DNA of 64,000 bases from a virus. Taxonomy: Duplodnaviria > Caudoviricetes. Each line of letters opens with the position of its first letter. Position 1 is the first letter of the stretch. The translations under genes and the position numbers were made by a program. The stretch lies in the IMG/VR virus record IMGVR_UViG_3300010429_000387, positions 192,001 through 256,000 of that record; one strand, written 5' to 3'. The notes below the pieces were generated by a model. That model saw only the letters and a program-made list of their open reading frames with translations. It was not told where the DNA came from and made no database searches. Shown one piece after another: positions 9,662 through 19,724 of this stretch.

Positions 9662-10231
9662 ATGCCGCTTGTGCCACCTGCACTTACGGCCACCATCACC
9701 ACGGGACTGATCTCCGGTGGCATGTTGGGCACGTCTGTACCTCAGCTTGCCTCTGGAATCGGTATGGGCCTGTCTATGTGGGCTCAGCAGCAAACCGTTA
9801 CAACCGTAGACGCTGGAGTTCTGGGTGTAGGTGTCGGGATAGCCCCCTTCATCATCCCTCCTCCACTGATGATCGTCAATCTTCTAGCTGCTTTTGCCTC
9901 GAATGGGTTGCTTGGTCCGATGGCTCCCCTTGAGGCAACTGGACTTGCAAATGGAATCGCTCTCGGGATGGCTCAGGGGGTCCTCCAAACTCAGCACCCG
10001 ACGGTAGGTACCGGGGCTGGGGTGGGTCGCATCGTAGGCCCCCCAGCTTTTTCTTCTTTGATGCAGGGCTTTGGTAGCGTCGGCATCAAAGGCCAGGGTG
10101 CAACCCAGAAGGCCAACGCTATTTCGATGGCCTTGATGATGACCCTACAGTCTCTTGTCTTTCCAATCCCCATCGTTGGCTCGGGGTCACCAGCCTCCTC
10201 TGGTGGGGTAGGTACAGGCAAGATTCTCTGA
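9662..10231 (+). CDS. Gly/Ala-rich hydrophobic spike-associated protein (hypothetical)
   Basis: Starts 1 nt after the spike stop. Hydrophobic, almost uncharged, ends GVGTGKIL. Confidence 0.5.
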   Translation: MPLVPPALTATITTGLISGGMLGTSVPQLASGIGMGLSMWAQQQTVTTVDAGVLGVGVGIAPFIIPPPLMIVNLLAAFASNGLLGPMAPLEATGLANGIALGMAQGVLQTQHPTVGTGAGVGRIVGPPAFSSLMQGFGSVGIKGQGATQKANAISMALMMTLQSLVFPIPIVGSGSPASSGGVGTGKIL

Positions 10232-10248
10232 GATCAGATGAGGAATAG

Positions 10249-13200
10249 ATGGGCTTCTCACTCACCGGCTATGTCATCGAAAAACCTCGGGTTGGAGCTG
10301 CCAACAGCCCGTTCACAGCGAGCCCGGACAACTTCGTTTCGGACCCAGCAGCCTATTCCTCTACGTTTGGGAGTGACGAGTCAGATCCGGGTCGCACGGA
10401 GTACCTGACCATAGTCCTGGTTGATGGTGACTTCCCTGTTGCAGAGTTCGGTTGGACCAAGAACGAGGGAGGGCTCCAACGGTTCGACTACGACGGAGCT
10501 GAGGGCAAGTTCAGGCCCCTTCCTGGTGGGAAACGTCAGCTTCTTGGGACTCTTAGCTTGGAGTCCAACATGACTCGGCTGAAGGTTGCTTCCAAGCCAG
10601 TTTTCTCTACCACCGTTGCGCCATTCCGCCTTTCAGTGGGAAACACTGGAAGCGGAACCACTTTCACGGTGACCCTGGTTGAGCTTGATGCAGACTTCAC
10701 GACGATCACAACCTCGGGGCAGGCCCAACTCAGCCTTGAGACGGGGAACCTCAACTGGAAAGACTCCGACCTGGTTTCCAACCTGGGCCAGGAGGTCTAC
10801 TTCCAGCAGCAGGCGTTCTTCACCCTGAAGGAGTCCAAGGGGCTCCTCGGCACGCTTGGGACTGACCCGATCCTCTTGAACCCGATTCCGGGGCAGGGTC
10901 CAACGGCTGGGACCTATCAGGCCCCCATCCTTCGATTTGGCTTTGGGCTTTACCTGACCCCAGTTCGAGTGGCGGATGAGGCGTCCTTTTCAGTGGACCC
11001 AACCAAGGGCACGTTCGAGTGGGCTCAGTCTACAGGGAGAGTGAACTTCAACTCTTCGGACATGACTGAGAACGATGGGGAACCTGTGTACTATGACGGG
11101 GTTCTCTTTGAGAAGGGCAAGCGCCTCACCAAGCAGGATCTCCTCTCGGTTAGCAGTCCTTTGCCCGTATCGCCTCTTCCGGCCTCTGGTGGGGACCTTG
11201 TTTTTCGAGCTGTAAATCTAGCGTTCTGCCCGTCGGGGACAGCTACGCTTCTCTCAACCTCCCTACTTGAGGACAACTCCGTAGACTTCCTGGTGGGTGG
11301 AGTTCAGGCTGGTGACTTGGTCCTGATCACAGGAGGCCCCTACTCGGGTCTTCGACGGCAGGTGGTTCAGGTAGCTCAGCATCAACTCACTGTCGCCCCG
11401 CCCTTCCCCGCCACCATGGTGGCTACCTACCGGGTCGAGCTGCAAGCTCAGGTTCATCAGTTCCCAGTGACATCCAGGGTGACCTCGTTCACTCCCCCAG
11501 GGGCCTTTGGAACTGTTCAGGTGAACAACACGTCGGGGGCCGTTCAGTTTTCGGTCCCAGACCAGGCTGCCTACGGGACGTGGAGGGTCGAAGCCATCTC
11601 AGGTGACCTTCCCTTGGAGCGTGGTTTGTCGATGAGGTTCTTCCGGTCCCCAGTGGACCTGAGTGGGACCAATCCAGCAGCCAAGGACTTCACCTCCTTC
11701 TACCCGACAGAAGAAGCCAGGTTGGCCGACCCCATCATTGGGGCACCTCTTGTCTTCTTGCCCACCCTTCCGATAGACGACCCGGCCTACCCGACCTACT
11801 ACGAGGTCCAGCAGGGGACCGGGACCTTCTTGGGACCTCTCCCAAGGCTGGACGTAGCCAGCCCACCCTCGGGCTATGGGTACACCATCGACTTCGAGGG
11901 GAAGCAGCTCAGCTACGCCTTCAGGAGGAACCTCGAAGTATCCCAAATCCCCTCGGTGACTGGAGCCTGGACACTTCAACCACTGGTCAACCCAACCGCT
12001 GCTCTGTTTGAGCTGGACCAGGGTACTGGCTACCTTCCGCTTCACTTGGTCGGGGAGGAGCCTATCCTGGGTCCAAATGCTGGGGACGCCATCCTTGAGC
12101 CCACCTCAGGGGTTCTGACCTTCGTGGATGAGGTGGGAACACTTCTCTTGGCTAGCGCCGGAGGTTCGGTCTCGTCCCTGTCTTTGGGAACCCTTCACGA
12201 CAACAGCGTGGATTTCAGCTCTATCCCGGACAACAGTCTCTTGTTCATCTACTCGGGGACGGCCTCTGAGGAGATCAAGGGAGTCTACACCGTCACGGGG
12301 GTGTCTGACTCAACCCACTTGACCTTTACCCCTGCTCTTCCTGTCTTTGCTACAGGGGTCAGTTACGAGATCCGTCAGGACCGGGAGGTCCTTGCAGACC
12401 GGTTCTTCGAGGAGGTCTCGGTTGCTGACCCCAACACCAAGCTGGAGAAGATCCGGATTTTGGGGGTCTGCTCCAACTCGACTCGACTGAACATCAACAA
12501 GGCTCTGGCCTCGGTCTCCAGGTTCAGGTTCGGGACTGACCGATTCTCGACCCAGGTGAACCAGGTTGCCACGGATGCGGACTTCACTACCCTTGCCCAG
12601 GGAGTGGTCGAGGTCAGCCTAGCCACTGGGAACCTCAACTTCTCACCATCCGATGTGTCCCTGGCCCCTCAGGTCTACTGGGTCTGGGCGCTAACTAGCG
12701 GAAAAGACTACAGAATCAGTGCAGAGCTGGGGATGTTCCAGCTCACCGAGCGGCTCTTGTCCATGGACGAGTTGCTGGTGACCTATCCAGCTTCGGATGA
12801 CAATCCTGACCCCACGGTGACCCCATTGGTAATCACCGTTGAGCGTGGGGTGTTCCTTGTTCGGAAGGAACTGACCGAGCACACAGCGATCACCTCAAGC
12901 ATCCCCTTCAACAAGAAGGGGAGGACCGTGGCTACCGTCCCAGCCCCGGTGGTATTCCGTGGGGGTCGCCCACAAGACGATACCCAGGTGGTGGTGAATA
13001 CTGGAAGCTCCACGATCACCTTCCTCCCAGACTTGATCCCTACCCCTGGAGGAGCGCTCCGGGTCACAGATGCGCTCCCTCATGGGGCTCAGATTGGCCC
13101 TGATGAGCGGGTCTACATCGACTACAACATCTACGAGGCCCTTGGGGGTGAGAACACAATCACCGTCACCAAGCCTCCCTTCCTGGTCTCACCCGTCCAG

Positions 13201-16200
13201 ATCACTGAGGGGGCCACCAGCTTCACCATCAAGGGTGACCGGAGAGCAGACTTCCCAGCCAACTACCTCTTCAGGGTGGAAACCGAGCAGCTCTACTACC
13301 TCGGGACCCCCACCTATGATGCGGGTACTGGGCTCACCACGGTCAACTTGGCAGTGGGCCAGAAGTTCAGGGACTCCTTCACCAACCCAAAGCTCTTCCT
13401 GTCCTCTGGGGCTACCAGGGTTGCATCGATCTTCTTGTCCCCAGGGTACTTTGTTCCGGAAGTAGCGACCTTCGAGAGCACCCCTCGGGGCATGTCCAAG
13501 GTGAAGGTCTACGGTGACAAGACCTCCGCCTATCGAACTGGGGTTGTGGTCAACTTCTCTGGGACGCTGGACTCTGTCAACTACAGCGAGTTCTACTTGA
13601 TCTCTGGCGTGGCCTATGATGCCAAGTCAGATAGGACAGAGCTTACCTTCACTCAGTCTACCGCACGCCAGTATTCTTTCGGCCAGTGCGTTATGCGTAG
13701 GTCGGTTCGCCCCATCTATGAGGCATCCACCACGAAGGTCCAGACGGCATCTTCCCCCACGGTACCACCAGCCCCCTCTGGGAGCCCTCCCAACAAGCTG
13801 ATCGACACGGTCATCGTGTACCGAAGAACCGATGGGTCTCCGGGGACTGTCCTCTCCTCCCCCACGGACTTCAAGCTCGATGACTCCGGAAAGCTGGAGT
13901 TCACTGAGCCTTTGGCTCACGGGGAGGAGTTCTCAATCCTGTACACGAAGTTCAGGAGCATTCAGCCGGGCCAGCTTCGGTCGTCCTACACGCACACCAT
14001 CTCTCCCAACGCTGACAACGGTCTGGTGAATCAGATCCTCGTCAGTAGCTTCACGACTTTCATCCCGGATTCTTTCTACTTCCGGGTGGAGACCATGACC
14101 AACTACCGGGGAGAGGTAGCCAAGAAGTACAAGGACGATGCCAAGGCTTCGGTTCCTTCCAGCGGGCCTCGGGTGAGCAATGCTTCTCAGCCCAAGCTCT
14201 ACGAGCAGGGGCAGAAGTCCGTGTTCTTCGATGAGGGGGCCTTGGTCAACGAGGATATCATCGCTCGAACGGTCCTCAAGAACTACAACGACACCATCAA
14301 CACTCTGGAGGACATCCTCTGGAACCTCGATGGGCGTGTGGTCGGGGACTGGGACGGGAAGTTCAGGTTCGATGGGACACTAGGGTCCACTGTCACTGAC
14401 TTTACCCTGGCAAACAACCAGATTGACGACCAGGTCCAGGTCTCACCCTTCCCGATCACATTCAACCCGTCACTGACCTTCATCGGGACCTACATCAAAG
14501 CCTACCAGCCCGGAGCCCAGAGCCGCTTCTATCCGATGCGGAAGACTGGGGTGGGAAAGACGCTCACTGGGAAGGATGACAATGCTGGGACGGGAGCCCA
14601 GCTTGTGGACTTCGAGGCCAAGAACATCATCGGATCGGATCCAACCGTCTACCGCCGGGTCCCTCGGGCTCGGGTCATTCGTCCTGCCAAGGCCGGTGAG
14701 ACGACACTCTACGTGGACTCGACGGCAGCAGTGGACCAGCCACCCTATCGACCAGCTTTCTCGGGTGGGATGAAGGTGGTCATCCAGGATGCAGCCGGGA
14801 CCTTCTACGTGCCCCAGAGCGCACCCCTGACCGTTGGGTCTGTGAGTCCGACCAGCCTCATCGTAGGGGCTCTCCCCTCGGATGTGCCCGCTGGGGCAAC
14901 TGTCTACCTGGGAGAGAAGGATGACAGCTACCAGAAGAGCTACCGAGTTGGGATGGATGTCTCGTTTGACAACGAGAAGGGGTACCTCCTCTACATCAAG
15001 CCCTACTTCCCCTTCGATGGTTCGGTTCCGCTGATCCCAGAGCAGCTCTGCGTCCAGCCTCCGAACAAGAACGAGCTTCTTCAGGGCACCGTTTCAATGT
15101 CCAACGGGCTGACCGCTCCCAAGAAGATCCCAGCTCTCTACGGTCAGGCGTTCGATGACTCCGGGGACCAAAGGATACCCCTTATTGGCCCCTCAATGAC
15201 CTGTGAGAACAACTCTGGTGGGTCTGGGTACTTCGACATCCAGTTGAAGTACGTGGCTCCTAGCGGGGTTCTGGGAGCCTTGCCGGTGCCCTTTGTCGGG
15301 GTGGGGAACCTCGACTCCCTCGGGACAACAATCACCCTTGCCTCCGGGACGTTCCCAGCCCCGGTTCCTCAGCCAGGGGACTTGGTCAGGATCCTTGATG
15401 GAGCCAACGGCCCCTCATCTTTCCACCGGATTACCTCGGTGGGGGCCAACTCTCTGTTCTTTGAGAATGCTCTGGGAACAAGGCCGACCACTGGGTTCCA
15501 GTTCCTTGTCACTACAGCCCCCAACCTAAGGGTGGGCTCCTTCTCGGTCATGTCTGGGGTCACGCTCACGGACCTCACCGCAACCTTCCAGTCCCTTGGG
15601 ATTCAACCAGGTGACACGGTGGTCCTGACCAACTCCTCTCACCTGAACTCGAAGTACCAGCGACGCCAGGTGGTAGCAGTTCTCTCCGAGACCCAGCTTG
15701 TTGTGGACTATGCTTTCACTGGGATAGTCATTCCAGAGACCTACCGGATCTGTCGCCCTCTCAACACCTTCAGCTACAAGGATCGGTTGGCAGAGCTGGC
15801 TGCCTCAGCAGGTGGGTTGGTTCAGATTCTATCCACTAACCCGAACAGTGAGATCGCTTCAGCGGACGCCTTCTTCAACAGCGTGTTCACCGACCGATTC
15901 CCTGGCTCAGTTGCGGGGACCTTCTCGGGGGACACCCTCACGGGGGCTGGTGGGGTAGACTTCGTCACCCACAACGTCCAGGCCGGGGACTACGTCTATG
16001 CCCCCTACCCTCAGGGGAGTGCCGGGTTGTTCCTGGTCACTTCGGTAGTCAGCTCGTCTGTCCTGAAGGTCAAGGATCCCCCTTCTCCAGGTGGCGTGAC
16101 CTTCCGGGTTGCCAGTGCCTTTGGTGTGGTCGAGAAGTCTCTGAGGACCGTCTACGAGATTCGGAAGGCAGCCTACGACTTCGTCCAGAAGCCCATAGCC

Positions 16201-16533
16201 TGGCAGGCCCTTGCCGCCACAAGCATCCCTGTTCTCGGCCCTTCGGGTAGTTCAGATTCCAGCTACTTCGCCCGAGGGTTCCTTCCTGACAGCATCACGA
16301 GCTGGTATTCAGACGTGACCCTTCGTCAATCCAGCATCCCTACGGCAATCACCGACCTAGAGACCATCCTGGCTTCTGGGGATCGCCTCTATGACAAGAG
16401 GTACACCTGGATTGATGCTCGGATCAACTTGGAGAAGGGGCTTCTGGTAAAGCAACAGCGGGCGGCAGCAGAGCGAGTCAAGGCTCAGACCGACACCCTC
16501 AACCAGCTCATCAAGCTCTTGGCAGTTCAATGA
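10249..16533 (+). CDS. Very large (2094 aa) baseplate/tail structural protein
   Basis: Long beta-rich ORF with SD GAGG, internal repeats and several copies of a small beta module (LxDxxxDF...GD). Located inside the baseplate cluster. Confidence 0.6.
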   Translation: MGFSLTGYVIEKPRVGAANSPFTASPDNFVSDPAAYSSTFGSDESDPGRTEYLTIVLVDGDFPVAEFGWTKNEGGLQRFDYDGAEGKFRPLPGGKRQLLGTLSLESNMTRLKVASKPVFSTTVAPFRLSVGNTGSGTTFTVTLVELDADFTTITTSGQAQLSLETGNLNWKDSDLVSNLGQEVYFQQQAFFTLKESKGLLGTLGTDPILLNPIPGQGPTAGTYQAPILRFGFGLYLTPVRVADEASFSVDPTKGTFEWAQSTGRVNFNSSDMTENDGEPVYYDGVLFEKGKRLTKQDLLSVSSPLPVSPLPASGGDLVFRAVNLAFCPSGTATLLSTSLLEDNSVDFLVGGVQAGDLVLITGGPYSGLRRQVVQVAQHQLTVAPPFPATMVATYRVELQAQVHQFPVTSRVTSFTPPGAFGTVQVNNTSGAVQFSVPDQAAYGTWRVEAISGDLPLERGLSMRFFRSPVDLSGTNPAAKDFTSFYPTEEARLADPIIGAPLVFLPTLPIDDPAYPTYYEVQQGTGTFLGPLPRLDVASPPSGYGYTIDFEGKQLSYAFRRNLEVSQIPSVTGAWTLQPLVNPTAALFELDQGTGYLPLHLVGEEPILGPNAGDAILEPTSGVLTFVDEVGTLLLASAGGSVSSLSLGTLHDNSVDFSSIPDNSLLFIYSGTASEEIKGVYTVTGVSDSTHLTFTPALPVFATGVSYEIRQDREVLADRFFEEVSVADPNTKLEKIRILGVCSNSTRLNINKALASVSRFRFGTDRFSTQVNQVATDADFTTLAQGVVEVSLATGNLNFSPSDVSLAPQVYWVWALTSGKDYRISAELGMFQLTERLLSMDELLVTYPASDDNPDPTVTPLVITVERGVFLVRKELTEHTAITSSIPFNKKGRTVATVPAPVVFRGGRPQDDTQVVVNTGSSTITFLPDLIPTPGGALRVTDALPHGAQIGPDERVYIDYNIYEALGGENTITVTKPPFLVSPVQITEGATSFTIKGDRRADFPANYLFRVETEQLYYLGTPTYDAGTGLTTVNLAVGQKFRDSFTNPKLFLSSGATRVASIFLSPGYFVPEVATFESTPRGMSKVKVYGDKTSAYRTGVVVNFSGTLDSVNYSEFYLISGVAYDAKSDRTELTFTQSTARQYSFGQCVMRRSVRPIYEASTTKVQTASSPTVPPAPSGSPPNKLIDTVIVYRRTDGSPGTVLSSPTDFKLDDSGKLEFTEPLAHGEEFSILYTKFRSIQPGQLRSSYTHTISPNADNGLVNQILVSSFTTFIPDSFYFRVETMTNYRGEVAKKYKDDAKASVPSSGPRVSNASQPKLYEQGQKSVFFDEGALVNEDIIARTVLKNYNDTINTLEDILWNLDGRVVGDWDGKFRFDGTLGSTVTDFTLANNQIDDQVQVSPFPITFNPSLTFIGTYIKAYQPGAQSRFYPMRKTGVGKTLTGKDDNAGTGAQLVDFEAKNIIGSDPTVYRRVPRARVIRPAKAGETTLYVDSTAAVDQPPYRPAFSGGMKVVIQDAAGTFYVPQSAPLTVGSVSPTSLIVGALPSDVPAGATVYLGEKDDSYQKSYRVGMDVSFDNEKGYLLYIKPYFPFDGSVPLIPEQLCVQPPNKNELLQGTVSMSNGLTAPKKIPALYGQAFDDSGDQRIPLIGPSMTCENNSGGSGYFDIQLKYVAPSGVLGALPVPFVGVGNLDSLGTTITLASGTFPAPVPQPGDLVRILDGANGPSSFHRITSVGANSLFFENALGTRPTTGFQFLVTTAPNLRVGSFSVMSGVTLTDLTATFQSLGIQPGDTVVLTNSSHLNSKYQRRQVVAVLSETQLVVDYAFTGIVIPETYRICRPLNTFSYKDRLAELAASAGGLVQILSTNPNSEIASADAFFNSVFTDRFPGSVAGTFSGDTLTGAGGVDFVTHNVQAGDYVYAPYPQGSAGLFLVTSVVSSSVLKVKDPPSPGGVTFRVASAFGVVEKSLRTVYEIRKAAYDFVQKPIAWQALAATSIPVLGPSGSSDSSYFARGFLPDSITSWYSDVTLRQSSIPTAITDLETILASGDRLYDKRYTWIDARINLEKGLLVKQQRAAAERVKAQTDTLNQLIKLLAVQ

Positions 16534-16540
16534 GGTCATC

Positions 16541-16747
16541 ATGACGGATGAGACCAAATCAGATGAATCGACACCTGGGACCGACACCGCTACCCCGGAA
16601 GAACCGGTCAAAGCCTCTTGGGAGTACAAGGAAGAGTTCGGCATCGTCCGAGAGATGAAGAAGGTTGTGAACCTGACCAAGCAGGCAACGGAGTTGGAGC
16701 TTGAGGGCCTACGCCGCAAGCTCGAACGTTTGACCTACGGGAGCTGA
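16541..16747 (+). CDS. Small hypothetical protein with C-terminal coiled coil
   Basis: SD GAGG upstream; fills the gap between two large genes; ELELEGLRRKLERL heptad pattern. Confidence 0.6.
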   Translation: MTDETKSDESTPGTDTATPEEPVKASWEYKEEFGIVREMKKVVNLTKQATELELEGLRRKLERLTYGS

Positions 16748-16750
16748 AAC

Positions 16751-18952
16751 ATGGCGTCAGAGTGGAAGGCCCTAGAGATCAAGATTCCGGGCAAGGACTT
16801 GCTCGAACAGGTGAGGAGCGCCCTGGAAGCGCTTGTCACCTTTATGGAGATCATCAAGGCCCTCCTTGAGACGATCAGCCTGTTTCTCATCGACTTCGGG
16901 AACCCGATCCGTCCAATCGTCGAAGCCCTCCTGAAGCTCATCATGCAGCTCTTCGAGAGCTTGAAGAGGACTGGGCTCTTCGGGTGGTTCGACATCCCGA
17001 ACCCGGCTCAGGACCCGAACTTCGACCGGTGGAAGGGGGGCTACCAAGCCTTCGTGAACCGGTTCAAGGCAAGCCTCTTCGACCCCAAAGACCCATTCCG
17101 CCCTCAACCTCTTCCGAACATCAACCAGAGCGGGTTCGTTCTCATCGTTGCGGACGCTCAAGCCGTCTTCGGTCTTCTTCGGCTCATCAAGATCCTCCTT
17201 CGGTTCTTCGGGAAGGAGCTTCTCTCGGCCAAGTACACGGCCCCAGCCAACGTGAAAGCCTTCCCTGCTGGCAAGAAGCCCAAGGCCATGGGCGGGACGG
17301 ACTACGACCCAATCCTCCAGGTGGCCTCGGTCTTTGGTGCCACCCTGAACGGTATCGCCATCGAGTGGACGCTGGCTACCAACCAGTTCCCCCCTGACCC
17401 TGGGTTCCATGACCTTGTAGGCACGGTGGCAAGCGAGATGATCCCCCAGAAGTGGATCATCGAAAAGACCAGCAATCCTGCTGGGCCAGTTACGGTGACT
17501 CTGGACGCTCAGACCAACTTCGAGACCAAGAAGGGCAAGCCGGTCAAGAGGAAGATCAAGGTCCGTGACGAGAATGGTGACTACTTCCGGAAGTTTGAGA
17601 AGTACATCGTCATCGACCCCTCAACGGCTACCGCTACGTTCCTTCTGGGTCAGCTTGGCACGTTCCGCTACATCGACAAAGAGGTGGAGAAGAACAAGAC
17701 CTATCAGTATCGGGTTCGAGCCTTCAGCGGCCCGTTGAAGGTAGGGTCTGACGGCACCATCGAGCTGGACGACCCGATCTTTGACACCTCGAAGAACGAG
17801 TGGATCCAGAGGTGGCCCACCAAGGACCCCAACGACCCGGTGGTGATGGGCAAGCCGAGCCCAACGGTCACGGGCCGGATTCCGAACATCCCTCCGGATT
17901 TCGATGTCATCACGGTCCTCCAGTACACCTTCCGGATGGCTTTCGCCCTGGGGTTCCACCTGGAGCTGGCCCCGACCTCGACCTTTGACGAGAACGGGAA
18001 GAACACGGGGGACACCCCGGCCACCGAGATTGGAAAGGGTACCTTGTCTGGACTCGGGGGTCCATTGTCTCAGATCATCCCGGCGGTCACTTTGGGCTTC
18101 GTGAACCCGAAGTCCACCTCGATGGCAGCAGGTACCGTTGGAGGTGTGGCTTTCAGTGACAAGGGCATCTCTGAAGTCACACCAGACCCAACATCTGGGG
18201 AGTACCCAGATGTCACACACAACTTCTTCTCGGTGAAGGCTCACTCCGCAAGGTTGGCAGATGCAGTTGGCTCTTCTCTCCTTGAGAACAGCAACATGCT
18301 GGTCCCCCTACGAGACCTTTTCACCACCACGTTGGCTCTTCCAGTCCCATCTGAGGGCAACCTTGCAGGATGCTCGACCCTCAAGGACGTGGTCTACGCC
18401 TTCAACAAGATCCCAGACGACTTCCCCAAGCAGTATCACCAGGAAGTCTACATCACCTATGCGGCAGCCTTCTCCGACCAGAACACTCGACTCGACTTGT
18501 TGTCGGCCGTTCGCTTCATCAAGAGCTTCACTCTTGGTGGGACCCCTCCTGACTGGATCTCGATCAGTCTCCTACGAGACATCATCCCGTGGAGCGGGCA
18601 GTTCATCTACGACCTGCTCAACCGGATTGAGGCTCTAGTTGACGCTTTCAAGTCAGCCATTGACGAGATCAAGGCATTCATCGACACTCTCATCCGGAAG
18701 ATCGACACTCTTGAGCGGTTCATCAAGTACCTGATCGAGCTGTTGAACTATCTGGACTCGTTTTCTGCTGGCTTCTACTTCCTGAACGTCCCAAACACGG
18801 ACAAGGGCATCCCAGGGTGGATTGAGGCGGTGGATAATGCTGGGGGCACACCACCTCCGTCTGGTCCAGGAGGCTATTCGGCTGGAATTGCCCTCGCCTA
18901 CTCAGGGACGAACGTGGACGCCTTCGCTGCTGCATTCAGCCTGATCTTCTAA
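16751..18952 (+). CDS. Hypothetical baseplate-region protein (amphipathic helical ends, central FN3-like segment)
   Basis: N- and C-terminal amphipathic helices. Central YIDKEVEKNKTYQYRVRAFS is FN3-like. Confidence 0.5.
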   Translation: MASEWKALEIKIPGKDLLEQVRSALEALVTFMEIIKALLETISLFLIDFGNPIRPIVEALLKLIMQLFESLKRTGLFGWFDIPNPAQDPNFDRWKGGYQAFVNRFKASLFDPKDPFRPQPLPNINQSGFVLIVADAQAVFGLLRLIKILLRFFGKELLSAKYTAPANVKAFPAGKKPKAMGGTDYDPILQVASVFGATLNGIAIEWTLATNQFPPDPGFHDLVGTVASEMIPQKWIIEKTSNPAGPVTVTLDAQTNFETKKGKPVKRKIKVRDENGDYFRKFEKYIVIDPSTATATFLLGQLGTFRYIDKEVEKNKTYQYRVRAFSGPLKVGSDGTIELDDPIFDTSKNEWIQRWPTKDPNDPVVMGKPSPTVTGRIPNIPPDFDVITVLQYTFRMAFALGFHLELAPTSTFDENGKNTGDTPATEIGKGTLSGLGGPLSQIIPAVTLGFVNPKSTSMAAGTVGGVAFSDKGISEVTPDPTSGEYPDVTHNFFSVKAHSARLADAVGSSLLENSNMLVPLRDLFTTTLALPVPSEGNLAGCSTLKDVVYAFNKIPDDFPKQYHQEVYITYAAAFSDQNTRLDLLSAVRFIKSFTLGGTPPDWISISLLRDIIPWSGQFIYDLLNRIEALVDAFKSAIDEIKAFIDTLIRKIDTLERFIKYLIELLNYLDSFSAGFYFLNVPNTDKGIPGWIEAVDNAGGTPPPSGPGGYSAGIALAYSGTNVDAFAAAFSLIF

Positions 18953-18971
18953 TGGGGGGCGGGTAGCTAGG

Positions 18972-19724
18972 ATGCCATTCGATTTTCTAGGGACTTTCAA
19001 CAAAAGCCAGTTTGAGAGGCTTGCTGCGTATGCAAGGGATCGCCTTGCATACGTGGATGCCCGCATCCTGCACCTGACCATGGAACAGCAGAGGGTCGGT
19101 TTCCTGAAGTTCGCCTTTGACCCAGCCGGAAAGCCGACCTCCTATCTTACCGGATCACCTGGGTTCAACACCTACATCGGAAAGCTCATGGCTGCCTACG
19201 AGGTCATGGGTGGGGACCCGTTCTACGACCTTCAGATGAGGTCCAAGTCTGACCCTGTGTACTACTTGAAGGGGGACGAGGTAGCGACCTCCAAGGTCAT
19301 GTCCAACGGGGAGCCTATCCCTCAGCAGGGGCTCTCCGATGCCCCCTCGGGGAATGCAGTCAGGGGCATCCGAGCCTGGATGGAGGATGGGATCGACCGT
19401 CTTGACCGTCTTGAGCGCAAGGTCCGAAGGGCTGTGGACTACTCCGACCAGCTCCAAGAAGAGATCGATCTTCTGAAGAAGATCAAACAGTCGGTTGAGA
19501 CCGAAGGGTCCCTGGAGAACTTGATTGCTTCAGTGGGGAGTTTGTTCACCGACCCAAGCTACCGAGCTATCTCGGACGACAAGGGTGCCGACCCATTCGG
19601 GAAGTTGATCTATGCCCCAATGTCCTCCTACGACTCTGGTGGTGACCGGTCTGGAGCCGATGGCCTGGTTGTCGAACGAACCGGAGCTGGGGTGGTCATC
19701 TCTGGTGAAGGGGAAGTCGCATGA
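18972..19724 (+). CDS. Hypothetical coiled-coil protein
   Basis: IDRLDRLERKVRRAVDYSDQLQEEIDLLKKI heptads; ATGA overlap with the next gene. Confidence 0.6.
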   Translation: MPFDFLGTFNKSQFERLAAYARDRLAYVDARILHLTMEQQRVGFLKFAFDPAGKPTSYLTGSPGFNTYIGKLMAAYEVMGGDPFYDLQMRSKSDPVYYLKGDEVATSKVMSNGEPIPQQGLSDAPSGNAVRGIRAWMEDGIDRLDRLERKVRRAVDYSDQLQEEIDLLKKIKQSVETEGSLENLIASVGSLFTDPSYRAISDDKGADPFGKLIYAPMSSYDSGGDRSGADGLVVERTGAGVVISGEGEVA

